A stretch of 64,000 bases of DNA from Eledone cirrhosa (taxonomy: Eukaryota), in the NCBI GenBank assembly GCA_964016885.1, contig OZ024742.1, positions 377,146,001 to 377,210,000 of the forward strand, read 5' to 3'. The position numbers were made by a program, and so were the translations under genes. The notes beneath the pieces are model-generated. The model had not been told where the DNA came from, searched no databases, and saw only the letters and a list, made by a program, of their open reading frames with translations. The stretch's first letter is position 1. Each line of letters begins with the position of its first letter. Shown here one piece after another: positions 1-13,189 of the stretch.

Positions 1-3000
1 AAGTCCCAGGTCACTGCTGTGGTCGACACACTTCATCCTATAGTAAAGACTATAAAGACCCAGGTCACTACTGTGGTCGACACATTTCATCCTATAGTAA
101 AGACTATAAAGTCCCAGGTCACTACTGTGGTCGACACACTTCATACTATAGTAAAGACTATAAAGTCCCAGGTCACTACTGTGGTCGACACACTTCATAC
201 TATAGTAAAGACTATAAAGTCCCAGGTCACTACTGTGGTCGACACACTTCATCCTATAGTAAAGACTATAAAGTCCCAGGTCACTACTGTGGTCGACACA
301 CTTCATACTATAGTAAAGACTATAAAGTCCCAGGTCACTACTGTGGTAGACACACTTCATTCTATAGTAAAGACTATAAAGTCCCAGGTCACTACTGTGG
401 TCGACACACTTCATACTATAGTAAAGACTATAAAGTCCCAGGTCACTACTGTGGTCGACACACTTCATCCTATAGTAAAGACTATAAAGTCCCAGGTCAC
501 TACTGTGGTCGACACACTTCATACTATAGTAAAGACTATAAAGTCCCAGGTCACTACTGTGGTCGACACACTTCAACCTATTGTAAAGACTATAAAGTCC
601 CAGGTCACTACTGTGGTCGACACACTTCATACTATAGTAAAGACTATCAAGTCCCAGGTCACTACTGTGATCGACACACTTCATACTATAGTAAAGACTA
701 TAAAGTCCCAGGTCACTACTGTGGTCGACACACTTCATCCTATAGTAAAGACTATAAAGTCCCAGGTCACTACTGTGGTCGACACACTTCATCCTATAGT
801 AAAGACTATAAAGTCCCAGGTCACTACTGTGGTCGACACACTTCATACTATAGTAAAGACTATAAAGTCCCAGGTCACTACTGTGGTCGACACACTTCAT
901 CCTATAGTAAAGACTATAAAGTCCCAGGTCACTACTGTGGTCGACACACTTCATCCTATAGTAAAGACTATAAAGTCCCAGGTCACTACTGTGGTCGACA
1001 CACTTCATACTATAGTAAAGACTATAAAGTCCCAGGTCACTACTGTGGTCGACACACTTCATCCTATAGTAAAGACTATAAAGTCCCAGGTCACTACTGT
1101 GGTCGACACACTTCATCCTATAGTAAAGACTATAAAGTCCCAGGTCACTACTGTGGTCGACACACTTCATACTATAGTAAAGACTATAAAGTCCCAGGTC
1201 ACTACTGTGGTCGACACACTTCATACTATAGTAAAGACTATAAAGTCCCAGGTCACTACTGTGGTCGACACACTTCATACTATAGTAAAGACTATAAAGT
1301 CCCAGGTCACTACTGTGGTCGACACACTTCATACTATAGTAAAGACTATAAAGTCACAGGTCACTACTGTGGTCGACACACTTCATCCTATAGTAAAGAC
1401 TATAAAGTCCCAGGTCACTACTGTGGTCGACACACTTCATCCTATAGTAAAGACTATAAAGTCCCAGGTCACTACTGTGGTCGACACACTTCATCCTATA
1501 GTAAAGACTATAAAGTCCCAGGTCACTACTGTGGTCGACACACTTCATCCTATAGTAAAGAGTATAAAGTCCCAGGTCACTACTGTGGTCGACACACTTC
1601 ATACTATAGTAAAGACTATAAAGTCACAGGTCACTACTGTGGTCGACACACTTCATCCTATAGTAAAGACTATAAAGTCCCAGGATACTACTGTCGTCGA
1701 CACACTTCATCCTATAGTAAAGACTATAAAGTCCCAGGTCACTACTGTGGTCGACACACTTCATCCTATAGTAAAGAGTATAAAGTCCCAGGTCACTACT
1801 GTTGTCGACACACTTCATACTATAGTAAAGACTATAAAGTCCCAGGTCACTACTGTGGTCGACACACTTCATCCTATAGTAAAGACTATAAAGTCCCAGG
1901 TCACTACTGTGGTCGACACACTTCATCCTATAGTAAAGACTATAAAGTCCCAGGTCACTACTGTGGTCGACACACTTCATCCTATAGTAAAGAGTTTAAA
2001 GTCCCAGGTCACTACTGTGGTCGACACACTTCATCCTATAGTAAAGACTATAAAGTCCCAGGTCACTACTGTGGTCGACACACTTCATCCTATAGTAAAG
2101 ACTATAAAGTCCCAGGTCACTACTGTGGTCGACACACTTCATACTATAGTAAAGACTATAAAGTCCCAGGTCACTGCTGTGGTCGACACACTTCATCCTA
2201 TAGTAAAGACTATAAAGTCCCAGGTCACTGCTGTGGTCGACACACTTCATCCTATAGTAAAGACTATAAAGACCCAGGTCACTACTGTGGTCGACACATT
2301 TCATCCTATAGTAAAGACTATAAAGTCCCAGGTCACTACTGTGGTCGACACACTTCATACTATAGTAAAGACTATAAAGTCCCAGGTCACTACTGTGGTC
2401 GACACACTTCATACTATAGTAAAGACTATAAAGTCCCAGGTCACTACTGTGGTCGACACACTTCATCCTATAGTAAAGACTATAAAGTCCCAGGTCACTA
2501 CTGTGGTCGACACACTTCATACTATAGTAAAGACTATAAAGTCCCAGGTCACTACTGTGGTAGACACACTTCATTCTATAGTAAAGACTATAAAGTCCCA
2601 GGTCACTACTGTGGTCGACACACTTCATACTATAGTAAAGACTATAAAGTCCCAGGTCACTACTGTGGTCGACACACTTCATCCTATAGTAAAGACTATA
2701 AAGTCCCAGGTCACTACTGTGGTCGACACACTTCATACTATAGTAAAGACTATAAAGTCCCAGGTCACTACTGTGGTCGACACACTTCAACCTATTGTAA
2801 AGACTATAAAGTCCCAGGTCACTACTGTGGTCGACACACTTCATACTATAGTAAAGACTATCAAGTCCCAGGTCACTACTGTGGTCGACACACTTCATAC
2901 TATAGTAAAGACTATAAAGTCCCAGGTCACTACTGTGGTCGACACACTTCATCCTATAGTAAAGACCATAAAGTCCCAGGTCACTACTGTGGTCGACACA

Positions 3001-4995
3001 CTTCATCCTATAGTAAAGACTATAAAGTCCCAGGTCACTACTGTGGTCGACACACTTCATACTATAGTAAAGACTATAAAGTCCCAGGTCACTACTGTGG
3101 TCGACACACTTCATCCTATAGTAAAGACTATAAAGTCCCAGGTCACTACTGTGGTCGACACACTTCATACTATAGTAAAGACTATAAAGTCCCAGGTCAC
3201 TACTGTGGTCGACACACTTCATACTATAGTAAAGACTATAAAGTCCCAGGTCACTACTGTGGTCGACACACTTCATCCTATAGTAAAGACTATAAAGTCC
3301 CAGGTCACTACTGTGGTCGACACACTTCATCCTATAGTAAAGACTATAAAGTCCCAGGTCACTACTGTGGTGGACACACTTCATACTATAGTAAAGACTA
3401 TAAAGTCCCAGGTCACTACTGTGGTCGACACACTTCATCCTATAGTAAAGACTATAAAGTCCCAGGTCACTACTGTGGTCGACACACTTCATCCTATAGT
3501 AAAGACTATAAAGTCCCAGGTCACTACTGTGGTCGACACACTTCATACTATAGTAAAGACTATAAAGTCCCAGGTCACTACTGTGGTCGACACACTTCAT
3601 ACTATAGTAAAGACTATAAAGTCCCAGGTCACTACTGTGGTCGACACACTTCATACTATAGTAAAGACTATAAAGTCCCAGGTCACTACTGTGGTCGACA
3701 CACTTCATACTATAGTAAAGACTATAAAGTCACAGGTCACTACTGTGGTCGACACACTTCATACTATAGTAAAGACTATAAAGTCCCAGGTCACTACTGT
3801 GGTCGACACACTTCATCCTATAGTAAAGACTATAAAGTCCCAGGTCACTACTGTGGTCGACACACTTCATCCTATAGTAAAGACTATAAAGTCCCAGGTC
3901 ACTACTGTGGTCGACACACTTCATACTATAGTAAAGACTATAAAGTCCCAGGTCACTACTGTGGTCGACACACTTCATCCTATAGTAAAGACTATAAAGT
4001 CCCAGGTCACTACTGTGGTCGACACACTTCATACTATAGTAAAGACTATAAAGTCCCAGGTCACTACTGTGGTCGACACACTTCATACTATAGTAAAGAC
4101 TATAAAGTCCCAGGTCACTACTGTGGTCGACACACTTCATACTATAGTAAAGACTATAAAGTCCCAGGTCACTACTGTGGTCGACACACTTCATACTATA
4201 GTAAAGACTATAAAGTCCCAGGTCACTACTGTGGTCGACACACTTCATACTATAGTAAAGACTATAAAGTCCCAGGTCACTACTGTGGTCGACACACTTC
4301 ATACTATAGTAAAGACTATAAAGTCCCAGGTCACTACTGTGGTCGACACACTTCATACTATAGTAAAGACTATAAAGTCCCAGGTCACTACTGTGGTCGA
4401 CACACTTCATACTATAGTAAAGACTATAAAGTCCCAGGTCACTACTGTGGTCGACACACTTCATACTATAGTAAAGACTATAAAGTCCCAGGTCACTACT
4501 GTGGTCGACACACTTCATACTATAGTAAAGACTATAAAGTCCCAGGTCACTACTGTGGTCGACACACTTCATACTATAGTAAAGACTATAAAGTCCCAGG
4601 TCACTACTGTGGTCGACACACTTCATACTATAGTAAAGACTATAAAGTCCCAGGTCACTACTGTGGTCGACACACTTCATACTATAGTAAAGACTATAAA
4701 GTCCCAGGTCACTACTGTGGTCGACACACTTCATCCTATAGTAAAGACTATAAAGTCCCAGGTCACTACTGTGGTCGACACACTTCATCCTATAGTAAAG
4801 ACTATAAAGTCCCAGGTCACTACTGTGGTCGACACACTTCATCCTATAGTAAAGACTATAAAGTCCCAGGTCACTACTGTGGTCGACACACTTCATACTA
4901 TAGTAAAGACTATAAAGTCCCAGGTCACTACTGTGGTCGACACACTTCATACTATAGTAAAGACTATAAAGTCCCAGGTCACTACTCTGGTCGAT
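1..4995. repeat. 54-bp tandem satellite (AAGTCCCAGGTCACTACTGTGGTCGACACACTTCAT[C/A]CTATAGTAAAGACTATA), ~92 copies, runs off the left window edge
   Basis: Direct 54-nt periodicity; two main variants (CATCCT/CATACT); the array decays at ~4988-4996. Confidence 0.98.
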
Positions 4996-5487
4996 TCTCT
5001 CTTTCGCTGGAAGAAATCGCCTGTTTTCTGACCTGTAGACGAATAGGTTCTCGCAGGTTTAAAAATGCCCTAGACACGCTGTTTCCACACGGCGACCCTA
5101 CGACTCCACCAGGAGTTAAGTGTTCCTTATTTTGCTGTGTTAGTCATGGAAACTACGAAGCCACCGGAATCGTTTTTCTGTTGCAGAATTTCAATAGTAG
5201 ATGAGTTTTAATGTGACGTTCCTAACTTTCACTAAGGCCCCGGCCGGCGTAATTAGAACATACGATAACAGGGATTCAGAAGACCAGCGTCTATACAAAC
5301 TAGATCTACCTTACAGGAGAAACCAGTAACAAACAGTTTATTTCTAATTATCAGCCTCTTCCTATCCTATTTATCTATCTTTGTTTCAATTACAATCATC
5401 TGTTTCTTATTGCTCCAAGTCTGTTTCAAGCCTGAGACTTGTCAGGCCGGAGCTCATCCTAGTTTCGTCACATGATCAGCTTTCTCT

Positions 5488-6420
5488 TTTAGGCACAAGA
5501 TCAACAATTTTAGGGGGAGGGGAAAGTCAATTAAATCGACTCCAGTGCATTACTGGTATTTCATTTCATCGACCCCGTAAGTATGAAAGACAAAGCTAAC
5601 CTCGGTGGAGCTTCTTCAAGCATAATAAAGTTAGATATTCCACCATGCCATGTGAATGTACGAGACTTTAATCGAGAATTACGCGAGGATTTTTTTTCTT
5701 TTCGCATTGTTTTCTTCATGTTAATATGTAAATGATAATAATAACTGTTTCTACTTTTGGCACAAGGCCAGCAAATACCCTCAGTACATTACTGGTACTT
5801 TATTTTATTGACCCCGTAAGGATGAAAGGAAAAGTTAACCTCGACGGGATTTGAACTCAGAATGGCAAGGGCCGTAACTCCATGCGTCAAAGCATGGCGT
5901 TCGACCCTCTACCAATACTGCCAATCCACCGCAATGATAATAATAATGCATGGTGGAATATCTTGAAGAAGCTCAGCCGAGGTTAACTTTGCCATCCTTA
6001 CGGGATCGAGAAAATAAAGTACCAGTAATGCACTGGGGTAAATTTAATCGACTTACCCCTCCTACCGAATTGTTGATCTTGAGCTTAAATCAGAAACCAT
6101 TATTTCCACCTTCTTGTGGGAGGCTGTATAACAATTATTGTTCTCGTGGGATGATGTATAATTATTGTTCTGGTGGGGCGATATATAATTTTGTTCGACA
6201 CTCTACTACGAATCCAGTGCCCTAAATAATAAAACTTTCAAATTTAGGCGCAAGGCCATTCATTAATTCATTGGGGAGGACAAAGTCGATTATATAGACC
6301 TTAGTAATTGACTGGTATAAGACAAAGTTAACGTCGGCAGGATTTGAACCCACAACGTAAAAGTCGGTAAATATATGCACCGAATCATTTTGTCCGACGC
6401 TCTGTCGATTCCGCCCACGC
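5488..6420. mobile_element. Cluster of 4 tRNA-derived SINE copies (family A), in both orientations
   Basis: Recurrent core GGCACAAGGCCAGCAA...ACTGGTACTTTATTTTAT-GACCCCGTAAGGATGAAAGG-AAAGTTAACCTCG-CGGGATTTGAACTCAG (reverse complement of a Pol III B-box, GAGTTCAAATCC) at ~5488-5610, 5758-5930, 5968-6100 (opposite strand) and 6245-6420. Confidence 0.85.
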
Positions 6421-7200
6421 ACCGCGCTATTGCGTGTACTAACCGCCAGAGGAAAACGTGACATAGATATTGCTAGAAGGTTCTTTGAATCTCTTTGTCA
6501 GAAACTTCAGAATGTTCATTCCGGTGAAATATAGCTGGTGGAATTGTCAATATCTATACACAGTTAAGTTGTATATAAAAATCAATCATTATTTTGACAT
6601 ATATCGTACATCATAAGCCATCGATGAAGAGATTTGACTGTGCAAATAATGCTAAATAAAAAGAAAATTCTTTATATTTCAGTATTAATACCACAATCAT
6701 ATAATAGATCACGATTTGGTCGTTAATACATCTCTTGAAGTACTATTAACGTATAAGATAATATTACTGCGATGAAAAGATTCTCGAATAATATTACTAT
6801 GGAGTTGCTTTATGATTTTCAGGTATATTTCAACATTGAAGTTTCCGCAGTCATAAATAAAGGAGGGAGTGATAGATAAACATTTTGAAAGAATACATAA
6901 CTTAAAAATAGAAATATTTGATTAATGCCATCGGATCTATATGGTCAGAGTGAAATCCATGTTGAAAGTATTGTTGGAGTTGTGAGAGAAAGCTGTTTCA
7001 CTAGAATACGACTGTCAGCCATCTTCAAATGATAATATCTGAAATAAACTGATTGAAAGAATTGAACTCCATAAGAGTATAAGATTAATTCTTTGATTGA
7101 TTGGAAATAAAAACAACAATTTTAATATTTCGATGACATTAAATCAAAGATGGTAGAATATGAATATTAGATTCTGCAATTTTGATTCTAAAGAATGTAA

Positions 7201-8693
7201 ACACTAACATAAACACCACCAACAACACCAACACCAACACTAACACTACATAAACACCACCAACAACACCAACACAAACACTAACACTACATAAACACCA
7301 CCAACAACACCAACACCAACACTAACACTACATAAACACCACCAACAACACCAACACCAACACTAACACTACATAAACACCACCAACAACACCAACACCA
7401 ACACTAACACTACATAAACACCACCAACAACACCAACACCAACACTAACACTACATAAACACCACCAACAACACCAACACCAACACTAACACTACATAAA
7501 CACCACCAACAACACCAACACTAACACTACATAAACACCACCAACAACACCAACACCAACACTAACACTACATAAACACCACCAACAACACCAACACTAA
7601 CACTACATAAACACCACCAACAACACCAACACCAACACTAACACTACATAAACACCACCAACAACACCAACACAAACACTAACACTACATAAACACCACC
7701 AACAACACCAACACCAACACTAACACTACATAAACACCACCAACAACACCAACACCAACACTAACACTACATAAACACCACCAACAACACCAACACCAAC
7801 ACTAACACTACATAAACACCACCAAGAACACCAACACTAACACTACATAAACACCACCAACAACACCAACACTAACACTACATAAACACCACCAACAACA
7901 CCAACACCAACACTAACACTACATAAACACCACCAAGAACACCAACACTAACACTACATAAACACCACCAACAACACCAACACCAACACTAACACTACAT
8001 AAACACCACCAAGAACACCAACACTAACACTACATAAACACCACCAACAACACCAACACCAACACTAACACTACATAAACACCACCAAGAACACCAACAC
8101 TAACACTACATAAACACCACCAACAACACCAACACTAACACTACATAAACACCACCAACAACACCAACACCAACACTAACACTACATAAACACCACCAAG
8201 AACACCAACACTAACACTACATAAACACCACCAACAACACCAACACTAACACTACATAAACACCACCAACAACACCAACACCAACACTAACACTACATAA
8301 ACACCACCAACAACACCAACACTAACACTACATAAACACCACCAACAACACCAACACCAACACTAACACTACATAAACACCACCAACAACACCAACACAA
8401 ACACTAACACTACATAAACACCACCAACAACACCAACACTAACACTACATAAACACCACCAACAACACCAACACCAACACTAACACTACATAAACACCAC
8501 CAACAACACCAACACCAACACTAACACTACATAAACACCACCAACAACACCAACACCAACACTAACACTACATAAACACCACCAACAACACCAACACCAA
8601 CACTAACACTACATAAACACCACCAACAACACCAACACCAACACTAACACTACATAAACACCACCAAGAACACCAACACTAACACTAACACTA
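7201..8693. repeat. 41/35-bp CA-rich minisatellite (ACTACATAAACACCACCAACAACACC[AACACC]AACACTAAC)
   Basis: Direct tandem periodicity; units differ by one 6-bp AACACC block; the + strand is almost G-free. Confidence 0.97.
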
Positions 8694-8709
8694 AGGATAA
8701 ATAGGGAAA

Positions 8710-8757
8710 CTTGTTACTCTGGAGTTTCGCCTGTTAATCACAGGGTCATCAGACAAG
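8710..8757 (-). ncRNA. Type I hammerhead ribozyme motif
   Basis: Minus strand: CTTGT-CTGATGA-c-CCTGT-gatta-ACAGG-c-GAAA-CTC-ca-GAG-TA-ACAAG. Stems I, II and III pair, with a GUA cleavage triplet. Confidence 0.8.
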
Positions 8758-8974
8758 AACACTATATATACAATGACACCCTGGGCATCTGCTATCACCA
8801 GTGGCCGAAACAACTGACCAGCCTCAACAAGAGACCCAATTACACACACTCCATTAAGTTGCTTCCTACATAAATATCAGAAAGATCCTTCATACCCCAT
8901 CATACCCTTGTTATATAAAAGCCGAAACCGTCGAGGTCGAGTTTATACCTCCCTTTATATACATACATACTTAT

Positions 8975-9021
<47 letters not shown>

Positions 9022-9118
9022 AATGAAGTAATTCCGTCGGAAAGGTCCAGTTAAAAAGATTACTCTATGTAGGTTACAGAGCTTAATAGTTATGTAATAA
9101 ACAACATAAGGTAATTAT

Positions 9119-9177
9119 TTCATATACCAGTGGTTTCTTGAAAGCAAACAAATTTTGCTTTCAATCGTCAGAATGAA
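9119..9177 (-). ncRNA. Type I hammerhead ribozyme (inverted twin of 9269-9327)
   Basis: Minus strand TTCATT-CTGACGA-TTGAAAGCAAA...TTTGCTTTCAA-GAAA-CCACTGGTA-TATGAA; one stem I mismatch. Confidence 0.8.
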
Positions 9178-9268
9178 AAAATCCTGGTGTATTTATTGAC
9201 ATTGGATTTTAAAAGCAAAAATCTTTTTTGTTTTTAAAATCCAATGTCAATAAATACACCAGGATTTT

Positions 9269-9327
9269 TTCATTCTGATGATTGAAAGCAAAATTTGTTT
9301 GCTTTCAAGAAACCACTGGTAAATGAA
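9269..9327 (+). ncRNA. Type I hammerhead ribozyme (canonical core)
   Basis: TTCATT-CTGATGA-TTGAAAGCAAA-loop-TTTGCTTTCAA-GAAA-CCA-c-TGG-TA-AATGAA: 6-bp stem I, 11-bp stem II, GUA site. Confidence 0.9.
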
Positions 9328-9353
9328 ATAATTACCTTATGTTGTTTATTACA

Positions 9354-9389
<36 letters not shown>

Positions 9390-9659
9390 CACGCACCCCT
9401 GTCCATATATATATATTTCTATAACATGTGTGTGTCTGTGTGTGAGTGCATGCGGACGTGAAGGTGTATGGCTGTCTTGAGGCGACAGTAGAGATAGCTA
9501 AAGGTAAAACACTTGACAATGATGAATGAAACGGTTCAATGATTATAGATTCGGAATCAATAAAAACTATTTGGAATGAACGGAGACATCCACAGCTACA
9601 GAACGAAGAGTTTTCAAATACTGATGAGGAAGAATAGATAAGAATGTGTGGTGGATCTC

Positions 9660-9962
9660 AGTCGGTTGCGACAACGATCGCTTTTCCAATTGTTCGAACA
9701 ACGGAACAGTCTGCTCGTGAAATTAACGTGCAAGTGACTGAGCAGTCCACAGACACGTGTAACCGTCACAGATTTCTCAGAAAAATTCAGTGTGACATAG
9801 TGTGTGAGAAAGCTGTCTCTGAATAATATTTTGTCCAGCAGAGTGGACTGGAGTAATATAAAGTGAAGTGTCTTGCTCAAGGATACAACCCACAACCAGG
9901 AATTGAACTCATGATCTTACGATTGTAAGCCGAACACTTTAACCACGAAACTACACACCTGC
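9660..9962 (-). mobile_element. tRNA-derived SINE (family B)
   Basis: Shares GCTCGTGAAATTAACGTGCAAGTG...GACTGGAG...AAGTGTCTTGCTCAAGGA-ACAAC...GGAATTGAACTC with copies at 11340, 12310, 54080 and 54700. Confidence 0.8.
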
Positions 9963-10000
9963 ACATAACAGATAACAATAATATTCATGTTCCACACATA

Positions 10001-10852
10001 CAAGGTGTGTCAGGAAAGTAACAGGACTTAGTATGTTGTGTGAGCTATGAGTGGGGTAGAGATTAGCGGGTTGCGCCACCGTGTCGTGTAATATCAGGGG
10101 CGTATATAACTGCTATCTCAGCTCTCTGCATCCATTGTATGTTTTTTTCACGTTCTTTTGTTAACAGCTCCTCGATTTTAGGCCGTCGAGAGATGGATAC
10201 AGAGCAACGAACTAACCTGAAGTTTCTGGTCCGGCTGGGGAAACCGCGTTAGCAAGTGTACAGAGATGAGACTAAGTCGCGTTCATCGGTTTTCGTGTGG
10301 TACAAAAGGTTCAAAGATAACCCGAGGAGCGAAATGACCTCAACGAGTAGGACTGAGGTCAACGTTAAGCGCGTGAGGCAGGTGATCGTAAGCTGATTTT
10401 GACTGTTCGATTGATTGTAAGTGAGTTAGTCATGAACCGCGACGGTATTTGGAAGATTATCACCGAAGATTTGGGCATGTGGAAGATCTGCACGAAGATG
10501 GTGTCAAGCTGCTTAACGATGACCAGAAGGAGCAGCATGTGGGTCATGGAGACCCTTGGGTGTCTTGAAACCGAACCAGACTGGCTAGGAAGAGTCATCG
10601 CTGCTGATGGGTCATGGGGGACCCGTTTTTCGAACGTGGAAGCTATAAAGGGGATCATGACGACGGAGTTGTGGAGAATCTCGGGAGAATCTCGGGAGAA
10701 TCCTATCAGAAGTGTATGGAGGCATGGCGGAGAAGGATGGGAAAGTGTGTTCGAATCAAGGGGGATTATTTCTAAGGAGAAAACTTGTATTTGAAATATG
10801 TTTTTTACGACCCCAGTTTTTGCAAGCCCTGCTTCTTTTCTGACGCACCTCG
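10001..10852 (+). mobile_element. Internally deleted, degenerate mariner (Tc1/mariner) DNA transposon
   Basis: TA|CAAGGTGTGTCAGGAAAGTAACAGGACT ... AGCCCTGCTTCTTTTCTGACGCACCTCG|TA imperfect TIRs with a TA target duplication; transposase HTH remnants (EQRTNLKFLVRLGK, VFVWYKRFK, TVRLIVSELVMNRDGIWKIITEDLGMWKICTKMV). Confidence 0.88.
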
Positions 10853-11229
10853 TACAACGAAATCGTATCGTAGATAAAGATAAAGTAAAAATATATCTTC
10901 TAAGTAGAAAAGAAACAATGTCTTCCATGTTTCAGTTTGGTCGTAAATGAAGTGACCAAGCTAAAACTTCGAAGTCACTATTACTATTTTACTTAGAAAA
11001 TATATTTCTACACTCTCGAGTGCTTAATCAGCTAAAGTTTGAAAGTTTTAATACTACGGTATTTAAAATAGTCATTCTAATAAAGTAAGAATATGTTTAT
11101 GTATGAATTGCTGATGGAATCGTTAGGGCACCGTAGTAAAATAGTAAAATACGGTGACTGTTGGACATGTCTAAAATCTGGTGAAATCCACCTTCTCTAC
11201 AGAGAGAGAGAAAGATAGAGAGAGTGGTA

Positions 11230-11810
11230 GAGGCAGAATCGACCCAGTGCCGACGGATAATTTGTTATCGACCTCGGGATTTGAACTTAGAATGTAAAGA
11301 GCCGGAACAAACACCGCCATGACATTTCTTTTCTTCAGGCACTCCGTCGGTTACAACGACGCGTGTTCCTGTTGATCCGATCAACAGAACAACCTGCTCG
11401 TGAAATTAACGTGCAAGTGGCTGAGCATTCTACAAATACGCGTACCCCTAACGTAGTTCTCAGGGAGATTCAGCGTGACACAGAATGTGACAAGGCTGGC
11501 TCTTCAAATTATAGATACAACTCATTTTTGCCAGTAGAGTAGACTGGATCAACGTGAAATAAAGTGTCTTGCTCAAGGACACAACTCACCGCTGGGAATC
11601 GAACTCACGTCATTACGATTGTAAGCCACAGACCCTAACCACAAAGACACGCGCCTTCACATCTAATAATGATTTCTAGTATAGGCACCAGGCCAGCAAT
11701 TTTGGGGGAGGAGAAATTCGATTAAATCGACCCCAGTAGATTACTAGTACTTTATTTTATCGACCACGTAAGGATGAACTTAAACCCCGCCGAAGTTGGC
11801 TTTGCCTTAC
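11230..11810. mobile_element. Adjacent SINE copies (family A fragments flanking a family B copy at ~11340-11660)
   Basis: Same family A and B motifs as elsewhere in the window. Confidence 0.78.
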
Positions 11811-12028
11811 ACATTTAAAACCCTAAATGTTTACAAAAGCTGCCACACAGAATGTATGACGTCAGGCATATATAAGTATTTTGATGAATAACTTGGCTTG
11901 TATCGGACGTTGTTTGTTGTTTTGTCATTGAGTAATTGTATTTTGTGTAATAGGTTTCGGCTGATTTGGCTTCATTTACATATATTGTGTGTGATGGGTG
12001 GGGTTGAGATAGAAACAATGATATAACA

Positions 12029-12242
12029 CAGACATGTCAAACTGAGGGTCCTCCAAGGACTACATGGGTCACATATGTATTGTCTGAGGGCCACACTTGA
12101 AAACTAATTGCGCACATTGCAATGATTTTTAAAATGTTATACTACAAACATAAAACATGCTCGCGCTGTTAAAACCTTTGTGCGGGCCGCAGGTGTGCTT
12201 GTAAAGGACCGCATGCGGCCCTCGGGCAGCATGTTTGACATG
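12029..12242. mobile_element. hAT (Charlie-like) MITE remnant
   Basis: Terminal inverted CATGTCAAAC...GTTTGACATG with subterminal GCGGGCCGC/GCGGCCC motifs typical of hAT/Charlie non-autonomous elements; target-site duplication not resolved. Confidence 0.6.
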
Positions 12243-12309
12243 ATATATTATAGTATATATTGTCTAAAGTGTGTCTCAAGTTCAGTGTCTCTTCAGACCG
12301 GTGCATGTC

Positions 12310-12545
12310 CTGCTTTCGGTGGCGTGAAGCGACTGAGAGTATAAGACTCCCCCTAGGACAGGACGCCAGTTTATCGCAGAGTTAACCCTCCAACTATTGC
12401 TGGTACTCATTTTCAGCTGAGTATACTGGAGCAACGTGAAATGAAGTGTTTTACTTAAGAACACAACACACAACCCAGTCCAGGAATCGAACCCACGACA
12501 TTATGACCGTAAGTCCAACACTCTTATTACAAGGCCACGTGCCTC
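12310..12545 (-). mobile_element. SINE (family B-related)
   Basis: GGTACTCATTTTCAGCTGAGTATACTGGAGCAACGTGAAATGAAGTG...GGAATCGAACCCACGAC motif. Confidence 0.75.
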
Positions 12546-12547
12546 TA

Positions 12548-12728
12548 CATAGCATATGTTGGTGAGATAACATAGAACATGTTGATGACGTCACATATAT
12601 AATATACGTTGGGGACGTCACATATATAACATATGCTGGTGACGTAACATATATAACATATGTTGGTGACATAACATAGAACATGTTGATGATGTCACAT
12701 ATATAATATACGTTGGTGACGTCACATT
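12548..12728. repeat. Degenerate ~27-bp tandem repeat related to the 29-bp satellite
   Basis: Units like CATATATAACATATGTTGGTGACGTCA resemble CCTATATACCATATATATTGGTGTCGTCA. Confidence 0.65.
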
Positions 12729-13189
12729 ATAACTGTTTGTTTTATCACACATCATACCAGCAGAAAGATTTATTTGGCTGTTGCACGATCCAGCATTTTA
12801 AAATGGTACTCTCAATTAAACAGTGCGAAACCATTTTGCTGGTTTGAGAACTGATGGAGGTGAAGGTGTGTGTAGACTTGTCTTCTACATCGCCTTTCTT
12901 TATTTCCTTTTCCCAGTCACTTCTATGTGCCAACACACTCCTCCTCGTCCTCCTCCTCTTTAAATCATTTCTATATTTCATCTGCCTGTCACACATCATA
13001 TCCATTGTATCTCAGTTGGCCATTGGCCGCTGGTCTCTCACCTCTCAGGCATTTTTATCCATTGCGTTCTTTGACAGCGTTTAACTGTTTTAACAGTTGT
13101 TCTAGCGATGAGTTTTCTCATTTTTATATCTATTCACACAATTCTCGCTTCATCTCGATCAGAGACGACATTGTTTTTTCATTTAATAT

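Larger units (their letters stand above)
9086..9360. repeat. ~275-bp inverted repeat carrying two oppositely oriented hammerhead ribozymes
   Basis: Arms of ~130 bp are near-perfect reverse complements, centre ~9222; the right arm abuts (TA)n. Confidence 0.92.

Noticed and set aside
19-5031. 1670-aa ORF of KSQVTTVVDTLHPIVKTI repeats
   Set aside because: Read-through of a 54-bp satellite whose unit lacks stops in this frame; antisense frames are also open, the main variant is non-synonymous, and there is no non-repetitive coding context.
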